Shown piece after piece: positions 55,226 to 62,201 of a stretch of 62,201 bases of DNA. Within the stretch, counting starts at the first letter, position 1, and each line of letters starts with the position of its first letter. Where the stretch lies: the sequence record SRR31156797_5248. One strand, given 5' to 3'. The translations under genes and the position numbers were made by a program. Under the pieces are notes generated by a model, which did not search any database, was not told where the DNA came from, and worked only from the letters and a program-made list of their open reading frames with translations.

Positions 55226-56383
55226 ATGAAATATTTAAGCATTTTAGGAAGTACAGGTTCTATTGGGACGCAGGCACTTGATGTTGTCAGAAAATTTCCA
55301 GGAAAATATAAGGTTGTTGCACTTTCGGGTTATAGAAATATTAATCTACTAATTGAACAGGTTAGAGAATTTAAACCCGAAATAGTACATGTTTCATCAG
55401 ATAATAATTTAGAAGATCTTAATTATGCCATAAAAACCTCGGGTGTAAAACTATATACTAAAGAAAAAGATTTAATTAAGGTTGCCACGCATCCAAAAGC
55501 AGACATGGTTATTTCAGCAATTGTGGGATTTGCAGGACTTATTCCAACCATGGAAGCTATCAAAGCTGGTAAAGATATTGGGTTGGCTAACAAAGAAACA
55601 CTAGTTGTTGCTGGCGAATTAGTAATGGATTTGGCTAAAAAGCATAAAGTAAATATTATTCCGGTTGATAGTGAACACAGCGCTATTTTTCAATGTATGC
55701 AAGGCGAAAACTATGATATGATTCGTCGGTTAATCCTAACAGCCTCAGGAGGACCTTTTAGAAAAACAAGCTTACGAAAACTGCAGCGTGTTACTGTAAA
55801 AGACGCTTTAAATCATCCAAACTGGGAAATGGGTAATAAAATCACAATTGACTCTGCCACACTTATGAATAAAGGTCTTGAGGTTATTGAAGCCTATCAC
55901 TTATTTAAGATACCTCCCTTTAAAATTGAAGTGATTGTGCATCCTGAATCAATTGTCCACTCATTTGTGGAATTTAAAGATCGCTCAATGAAAGCACAAT
56001 TGGGATTGCCAGATATGCGATTACCAATTCAATATGCCCTTACTTATCCAGAAAGGGCTAAGAATGACTTTGATGAATTTAATTTCATAGATTATCCATC
56101 ATTAAATTTTGAACAACCAGATCTAAAAAGATTCCCTGCACTTGGCATTGCATTTGAAGCCATTCGTAGAGGAGGAAACACACCTTGTATTATAAACGCA
56201 GCGAACGAAATTGCTGTTAATGCGTTCTTAGAAGAACAGATTAAATTTATGGACATACCAAGAATTGTTGAGCAAACCATGGAAAAGGCCACGCCAATAG
56301 TAAATCCAGACATCGACAATTTATTGGAAACCGATAAAGAATCAAGAAAAATTGCAAAAGAGTTGATTAAAAAATCAAATTAG
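55226..56383 (+). CDS. dxr: 1-deoxy-D-xylulose-5-phosphate reductoisomerase
   Basis: LGSTGSIG, LANKETLV, PVDSEHSAIFQ, TASGGPF, HPNWEMGNKITIDSATLMNKGLE. Confidence 0.98.
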   Translation: MKYLSILGSTGSIGTQALDVVRKFPGKYKVVALSGYRNINLLIEQVREFKPEIVHVSSDNNLEDLNYAIKTSGVKLYTKEKDLIKVATHPKADMVISAIVGFAGLIPTMEAIKAGKDIGLANKETLVVAGELVMDLAKKHKVNIIPVDSEHSAIFQCMQGENYDMIRRLILTASGGPFRKTSLRKLQRVTVKDALNHPNWEMGNKITIDSATLMNKGLEVIEAYHLFKIPPFKIEVIVHPESIVHSFVEFKDRSMKAQLGLPDMRLPIQYALTYPERAKNDFDEFNFIDYPSLNFEQPDLKRFPALGIAFEAIRRGGNTPCIINAANEIAVNAFLEEQIKFMDIPRIVEQTMEKATPIVNPDIDNLLETDKESRKIAKELIKKSN

Positions 56384-56392
56384 AGGAGAAGA

Positions 56393-57706
56393 ATGGAAAT
56401 ATTAGTAAAAATTGGACAATTCCTTTTAAGTTTATCTATACTTATTGTGCTTCATGAATTTGGGCACTATTTTTTTGCCAGGTTATTCAAAACGCGCGTC
56501 GAAAAGTTTTATCTATTTTTTGATGCAGGGTTTTCGCTTTTTAAATTCAAAAAAGGAGAAACAACCTATGGTATTGGTTGGTTACCACTGGGCGGTTATG
56601 TTAAAATATCTGGAATGATTGATGAATCAATGGATAAAGAGCAAATGAAAAAACCTGCTCAACCATACGAATTCAGATCGAAACCAGCCTGGCAAAGACT
56701 ATTGATTATGCTTGGTGGGGTAATGGTAAACTTCTTTCTTGGCTTTTTCATTTATGCTATGGTTTTATTTGCCTGGGGTGAAGATTACCTTCCGGTAAAA
56801 AACATGGAATATGGCGTAATGGTTGACAGCGTAGCTGCTGAAGCCGGTTTCATGGATGGAGATAAGATCATTAGCCTCAATAATCAAAAAGTAGAGCGCT
56901 TTAGTGAAATAGTGCCAACCATTTTACTTGAAGATATCCATACAGTTCAGGTCGAAAGAAATGGATCTTTGAAAGACATAACACTTCCTCCCCATATTCT
57001 CAAGAAAATTATACAGGGAGATAAACTATTTACACCACGATATCCATTTATTGTGGGTCAATTTGGTGAAAATAGTGTTGGGAAAACTGCAGGACTCAAA
57101 GAAGGTGACAGAATTATTGGAGTTGATACTATTCAAACTTTAACCGCTGATCAATTATCACCGGCGCTAAGAAAATATAGAAATCAATCGGTTGATATCC
57201 ATTTTGTGCGAAGTGGAATGGAAGAAACAATTAATGTTCAACTAGATTCGACAGCGTTATTAGGAATATATGTTGATCCAACTAAAGCATTAAAATTTGA
57301 AACCAGATACTATACATTTTCAGAATCATTTCCAGCAGGTGTAGCCAAAACTTATGATATGGGTAAAAAATACCTGCAGCAATTTAAGCTTATTTTCTCC
57401 CCTGAAACAGAGGCGTATAAGGAGATTGGAGGCTTTATTGCCATAGGTAATATATTCCCTGGCGATTGGGATTGGAGAGCTTTCTGGAACCTGACAGCAT
57501 TTTTGTCAATTATGCTTGCAATACTAAATCTATTACCCATTCCTGCGCTTGATGGAGGACATGTCACATTTTTATTATACGAAATAATAAGTGGGCGTAA
57601 ACCTGGTGAAAAGTTTATGGAATATGCTCAGATTACAGGTATGGTAATCTTATTAGCACTGCTCATATTTGCCAATGGCAACGATATCATAAAATTATTC
57701 AATTAA
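56393..57706 (+). CDS. rseP: RIP metalloprotease RseP
   Basis: HEFGH, PLGGYVKI, PDZ region, NLLPIPALDGGH. Confidence 0.96.
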   Translation: MEILVKIGQFLLSLSILIVLHEFGHYFFARLFKTRVEKFYLFFDAGFSLFKFKKGETTYGIGWLPLGGYVKISGMIDESMDKEQMKKPAQPYEFRSKPAWQRLLIMLGGVMVNFFLGFFIYAMVLFAWGEDYLPVKNMEYGVMVDSVAAEAGFMDGDKIISLNNQKVERFSEIVPTILLEDIHTVQVERNGSLKDITLPPHILKKIIQGDKLFTPRYPFIVGQFGENSVGKTAGLKEGDRIIGVDTIQTLTADQLSPALRKYRNQSVDIHFVRSGMEETINVQLDSTALLGIYVDPTKALKFETRYYTFSESFPAGVAKTYDMGKKYLQQFKLIFSPETEAYKEIGGFIAIGNIFPGDWDWRAFWNLTAFLSIMLAILNLLPIPALDGGHVTFLLYEIISGRKPGEKFMEYAQITGMVILLALLIFANGNDIIKLFN

Positions 57707-57969
57707 ATTGAATCATAATTTTATCAAAAACCCTTGATTTACATTTTCATAAAGGATTCAGCATTGAAAATTACAGAAATTATGATAAAATAATTAATTT
57801 CGCAATGAGCAGATTTTAACTCGATTTATTATCATTGCTTAATTATAGTGAAAAGATTAGTATTTAGAGTGATATATAATCAATTTAGTGTTATTTTAGT
57901 GATTAATTATTCGAGTAAACATAAATTGCTTGTTTATACGTTATAAAGCAAAAAGAAAAGAGAATTACT

Positions 57970-59982
57970 ATGCAATATCTCAGAATACTTGGCTTATTAT
58001 TAGCTATCTTCTTAATGGCAGAAACTGCCAATGCCCAACGGAAAAAAATCGAAAAAGCTGAGAGTGCCTACGAAACAGGAAAGTACTTTGAAGCCATTGA
58101 TCTATTCAAGTTTGCCTACGGAAAAGTAGAAGATAAGGAGGTAAAAAAAGAACTTATCTTCAAAACTGCCATGTGTTATCGATACATTGATGATGTTAAA
58201 CAAGCAGAAATATGGTTCCGAAAAGCCATCAAACGTGAATATGAAAATCCAATCATATACCTGTATTATGCTGATGCATTGCTTGCCAATGCCGAATATG
58301 AAGAAGCCAAGCAAAACTATGAAAAATACAAACAGTTAGTCCCAGGTGATAAACAAGCTGAGAAGGGGATTCAATCTTGTGATTTTGCCATTGAAGCCAC
58401 TGAAAACCCAACAAGACATAACGTAACACCCATGTATTTTTTTAATACACGTGAAAGTGAGTTCAGTCCTTGTTTTGGGAAAGACAACTACACAACTGTA
58501 TACTTTACAACTACTACCGAAGGTACAACCGGAAACGAAATAAACCCGGTTACTGGACAGTACTATGCTGATATTTACAAATCAAGAGTTGACCGTAAAG
58601 GTGACTGGTCTGACCCTGAACCGCTGGGAGAAAATATTAATACTGAGTTTGATGAAGGTGTTGCCTGCACCAATGAAAAAGCTAACACAATGTATTTCAC
58701 CGCTATTCGCGAAAATAAAGATGGCGATATGGTAACTCAGATTTATATGAGTAAAAAAGAAGGTATTAATTGGGGCGAAGCAACACGAGTAGTGATTTTT
58801 GAATCAGACTCTATCATGGTTGCCCATCCTGCAATTAGTATCGATGAAAAAACGCTATATTTTGTAAGCGATAAAAGTGGAGGACAAGGAGGTAAAGATA
58901 TTTGGAAGGTTACTGGTGGCGAGGGTAGTTGGAGCTCTCCTACAAATCTGGGACCAGCAATAAATACTGAAGGAAATGAGGTTTTCCCATTTGTACACAA
59001 AGATGGCACATTATATTTTGCCTCAGATGGACATGTGGGTATGGGTGGACTGGATATTTTTATGGCCCGCCCTCAAGGTACAAACTGGGATGTGTCAAAT
59101 TTAGGTTATCCTATGAACTCTCCACGCGATGATTTTGGAGTCGTTTTCGAAAGAGAACTGGAAAGAGGTTACTTATCATCAAATCGCGAAGATGCCCGTG
59201 GCGAAGATGATGTATTTCAATTTGCTTTACCACCGCTCGAATTTTCTTTGATTTTAACAGTTAAAAACGAAACAAACGGTCAGATTATCCCCGATGCATC
59301 TGTCAATTTGATTGGATCAGATGGTACAAATGAAATCAACACAAGTGAAGCTGATGGTACTGTAAAATATGACCTTAACCCTAATACAGATTATCGTCTT
59401 ATTACCCGAAAAGGAGGATTCCTGGCAGGTAAAGGGAAATTATCTACTAAAGGTTATACAGAAAGTCAGGAATTGCAGGTTGATGTAATGATGCAGCCAA
59501 ACAACGAACCAAAACTTGTGAAGGTATTTTACGATTTTGGGAAATGGGATCTGAAACCGGAATCAATGATTGCACTTGAAGAATTGGTTGAACTTTTGCG
59601 TGACGATAACCCTAACATTACCATTGAGCTGAGTTCTCATACCGATTTTAGAGGAAGTGATGCAGCCAACCAGGAACTTTCTGAAAAACGTGCCCAAAGT
59701 GTAGTAGATTTCCTAATCTTATATGGAATTGATGCAGAAAGACTGGAAGCAGTAGGATATGGTGAGAAAAAACCTAAGAAAATTACGCCTCGCGAAGCTC
59801 AGGCATTTGATGCCAGACCAGGATGGCGTTTCCTTAAAGCTGGAGATGTATTAACTCCGGATTATATCAATAATTTGGAAAGTGAACAGCAAAAAGAAAT
59901 TGCTCACTCATTGAATCGTAGAACAGAGTTCCGCGTAACAGGAACGGACTACGTACCAAGAATCCGACGTAAAAACAATTAA
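57970..59982 (+). CDS. porE: PorE-like TPR-PD40-CRD-OmpA_C peptidoglycan-binding protein (T9SS-associated family)
   Basis: TPR N-terminus; PD40 repeats (YFASDGHVGMGGLDIF); OmpA_C SSHTD...LSEKRAQSV...NRRTEF with the FLKAGDVLT insertion; SpI-type rather than lipoprotein signal. Confidence 0.65.
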   Translation: MQYLRILGLLLAIFLMAETANAQRKKIEKAESAYETGKYFEAIDLFKFAYGKVEDKEVKKELIFKTAMCYRYIDDVKQAEIWFRKAIKREYENPIIYLYYADALLANAEYEEAKQNYEKYKQLVPGDKQAEKGIQSCDFAIEATENPTRHNVTPMYFFNTRESEFSPCFGKDNYTTVYFTTTTEGTTGNEINPVTGQYYADIYKSRVDRKGDWSDPEPLGENINTEFDEGVACTNEKANTMYFTAIRENKDGDMVTQIYMSKKEGINWGEATRVVIFESDSIMVAHPAISIDEKTLYFVSDKSGGQGGKDIWKVTGGEGSWSSPTNLGPAINTEGNEVFPFVHKDGTLYFASDGHVGMGGLDIFMARPQGTNWDVSNLGYPMNSPRDDFGVVFERELERGYLSSNREDARGEDDVFQFALPPLEFSLILTVKNETNGQIIPDASVNLIGSDGTNEINTSEADGTVKYDLNPNTDYRLITRKGGFLAGKGKLSTKGYTESQELQVDVMMQPNNEPKLVKVFYDFGKWDLKPESMIALEELVELLRDDNPNITIELSSHTDFRGSDAANQELSEKRAQSVVDFLILYGIDAERLEAVGYGEKKPKKITPREAQAFDARPGWRFLKAGDVLTPDYINNLESEQQKEIAHSLNRRTEFRVTGTDYVPRIRRKNN

Positions 59983-59993
59983 ATGAAATAATT

Positions 59994-60030
59994 AAAAGAG
60001 CTCCGGTGTTATAAAATGCCGGAGCTTTTT
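59994..60030 (+). terminator. Rho-independent terminator
   Basis: AAAAGAGCTCCGG...CCGGAGCTTTTT. Confidence 0.88.
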
Positions 60031-60081
60031 GCATATAAGTAATGAAAAAATACTAATTTTGTCGACCAATAATTTTTAGAG

Positions 60082-61254
60082 ATGCAACAAGATAACAGGT
60101 ACGCTCAAAGAGGAGTTTCTGCAAGCAAAGAAGACGTTCACAAGGCCATTTCAAAACTAGATAAAGGGATTTTTCCAAATGCTTTCTGCAAAGTTATACC
60201 GGATGTATTAGCCGGCGATGCCGATTATTGCAATATCATGCATGCCGATGGCGCCGGAACAAAATCATCTTTAGCCTATATGTATTGGAAAGAAACAGGT
60301 GACTTGTCGGTTTGGAAAGGTATTGCACAAGATGCAATTGTTATGAATATTGACGACTTACTTTGCGTGGGTGTAACTGATAATATTTTAGTATCATCAA
60401 CTATTGGAAGAAATAAAAACCTCATTCCGGGTGATGTAATTAGTGCTATTATTAACGGTACAAATGAAGTACTCGAAAACCTTACAAAACTTGGTGTTAA
60501 TACGGTTTTTACAGGAGGAGAAACAGCCGATGTTGGAGATTTAGTACGTACTGTAATTGTTGATTCAACTGTTACGGCAAGAGCCCGTAGAGATGAAATA
60601 ATTACAAATGAAAAGATCCAGGATGGTGATGTAATTATTGGTTTAAGTTCATATGGCAAAGCAACTTACGAAGATGAGTATAATGGAGGTATGGGTAGCA
60701 ATGGATTAACTTCAGCACGTCATGATGTTTTTGCTAAATACCTTGCTGAGAAATATCCAGAAAGCTTTGATCCATTAGTTGATAACTCACTAATTTATAG
60801 TGGCACACAGAAGCTTACCGATAAGATTGAGGACTTAGGTATTGATACGGGAAAATTAGTATTGTCGCCAACCAGAACTTATGCACCAGTAGTTAAAAAA
60901 GTATTGGACAAGTATAGAAATGAAGTTCATGGTATGATTCATTGCAGTGGTGGAGCACAAACTAAAGTATTGAACTTTGTAAATGATCTACATATTGTAA
61001 AAGATAACATGTTCCCTACACCGCCTTTATTTGAACTCATTCAAAAAGAGTCGAATACTGATTGGAAAGAGATGTACAAGGTATTTAATATGGGACATCG
61101 CTTTGAGTTTTATGTGCCTGAAAACATAGCTCAAGAAATAATTGACATAGCAGCAACTTTTAATATTGAAGCACGTAAAGTAGGTTACGTTGAAAAAGCT
61201 GCACAAAAGCAACTCACGATTACAAGTGAGCACGGAAAATTTGAATATCAATAA
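60082..61254 (+). CDS. purM: Phosphoribosylformylglycinamidine cyclo-ligase (AIR synthase), Bacteroidota type
   Basis: [42 protein letters not shown]; -7 TAATTTTG at 60054-60061. Confidence 0.95.
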   Translation: MQQDNRYAQRGVSASKEDVHKAISKLDKGIFPNAFCKVIPDVLAGDADYCNIMHADGAGTKSSLAYMYWKETGDLSVWKGIAQDAIVMNIDDLLCVGVTDNILVSSTIGRNKNLIPGDVISAIINGTNEVLENLTKLGVNTVFTGGETADVGDLVRTVIVDSTVTARARRDEIITNEKIQDGDVIIGLSSYGKATYEDEYNGGMGSNGLTSARHDVFAKYLAEKYPESFDPLVDNSLIYSGTQKLTDKIEDLGIDTGKLVLSPTRTYAPVVKKVLDKYRNEVHGMIHCSGGAQTKVLNFVNDLHIVKDNMFPTPPLFELIQKESNTDWKEMYKVFNMGHRFEFYVPENIAQEIIDIAATFNIEARKVGYVEKAAQKQLTITSEHGKFEYQ

Positions 61255-61265
61255 GAGGAGATATT

Positions 61266-62201
61266 ATGAGTAATTTATTGGAAAAAATTGAAGGGATTAA
61301 AATACGATTTGAAGAGGTATCGCAATTAATTACCGATCCAGAAGTTATTGCGGACGTTAAAAGATATATCAAGCTTAATAAAGAATATAAAAACCTGGAG
61401 CCAATCATTGAAACCGGTAATGAATACAAACTGGTTGTAGAAAACATTGAATCATCAAAAGAAATTCTTAGTAATGAGAGTGATGAAGAGATGAAAGAAA
61501 TGGCCAAAATGGAGCTTGAAGAACTTGAGGAGAAAAAAGAAGAATTAGAAGAAAAAATTAAAATATTGCTTGTTCCTAAAGATCCGGAAGACGACAAAAA
61601 CGTTGTTCTGGAGATTAGAGCAGGTACTGGTGGTGACGAAGCAAGTATTTTCGCTGGAGACCTTTTCAGAATGTATACCAAGTTTTGTGAATCAAAAGGC
61701 TGGAAAATTCAAATGACCAGTAATACAGAAGGTACAGCAGGTGGTTTCAAAGAAGTAATTGCCACTGTTAGCGGAAATGGCGTTTATGGCATTCTAAAAT
61801 ACGAATCTGGAGTACACCGTGTACAGCGTGTACCTCAAACTGAAACACAAGGCCGTGTTCATACTTCAGCCGCAACTGTTGCCGCTTTGCCGGAAGCAGA
61901 AGAGTTTGATATTGAACTGAATCCGAACGACATTCGAAAAGACACATACTGTAGCTCAGGGCCTGGCGGACAATCTGTGAATACAACTTACTCTGCTATT
62001 CGATTAACACACGAGCCAACAGGAATTGTAGTGACTTGTCAGGATGAAAAATCACAGCTTAAAAACTTAGACAAGGCCATGAAAGAATTGCGTACCAGGA
62101 TCTATAATTTGGAGTACCAAAAACACATGGACGAAATTGCATCACAACGTAAAACACTGGTATCATCAGGTGACCGCTCTGCTAAAATCAGAACATACAA
62201 C
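61266..62201 (+). CDS. prfA: Peptide chain release factor 1 (3' end beyond window; absent from the ORF track)
   Basis: ATG at 61266 ([12 protein letters not shown]...); [25 protein letters not shown] (PxT), SGPGGQSVN. Confidence 0.97.
   Translation, partial: MSNLLEKIEGIKIRFEEVSQLITDPEVIADVKRYIKLNKEYKNLEPIIETGNEYKLVVENIESSKEILSNESDEEMKEMAKMELEELEEKKEELEEKIKILLVPKDPEDDKNVVLEIRAGTGGDEASIFAGDLFRMYTKFCESKGWKIQMTSNTEGTAGGFKEVIATVSGNGVYGILKYESGVHRVQRVPQTETQGRVHTSAATVAALPEAEEFDIELNPNDIRKDTYCSSGPGGQSVNTTYSAIRLTHEPTGIVVTCQDEKSQLKNLDKAMKELRTRIYNLEYQKHMDEIASQRKTLVSSGDRSAKIRTYN

Noticed and set aside
1390-60659. Numerous 60-155 aa ORFs nested in or antisense to long genes (e.g. 10875-11339, 23982-24395, 48828-49247, 60276-60659)
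   Set aside because: They fully overlap well-supported CDSs and show no recognisable motifs
61220-61986. Minus-strand ORFs 61220-61681 and 61768-61986
   Set aside because: Antisense shadows of prfA, which runs off the window on the plus strand
1-62201. Prophage, transposase, integrase or anti-phage defence genes
   Set aside because: No ORF shows recognisable motifs for these classes

Overview
AT-rich (roughly one-third GC by eye) chromosomal window from a Bacteroidota bacterium, probably a free-living Bacteroidales/Marinilabiliales-type organism, judged from TAnnTTTG promoters, T9SS C-terminal domains and Bacteroidota-type pstS/purM. Left to right: (1) a cobalamin-uptake-like locus with DUF4465/BtuJ-like and BtuH-like proteins that both carry T9SS sorting domains, followed by a BtuB-like receptor; (2) a MORN-TonB_C gene, DUF4139, an iron-sulfur flavoprotein and DUF1287; (3) a NarX/NarL-type two-component pair next to a porin-pstSCAB operon; (4) accessory lipoproteins and a duplicated GldL-N-like membrane protein; (5) GSCFA, a hydrolase, yjbQ, kdsB, a FIST-like pair, an orphan hutH and a detached btuG-like gene; (6) an M48 peptidase operon and gcvH; (7) trpS, a tripartite RND pump, M23-dxr-rseP, a porE-like gene, purM and partial prfA. 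The standout feature lies between gcvH and trpS: a ~12.7 kb operon (32906-45556, minus strand) of five diverged paralogous membrane receptors built as TM-dCache-TM-HAMP-GAF-methyl-accepting-like coiled coil-PAS. None has a kinase, cyclase, phosphatase or MCP signalling domain. One carries a FixL-like heme PAS and another a His-less pseudo-HPt, and the operon is preceded by an unannotated 28-codon ORF and a terminator-like hairpin. No rRNA, tRNA, CRISPR array or transposase was recognised. All family assignments come from motif recognition by eye, not database searches.
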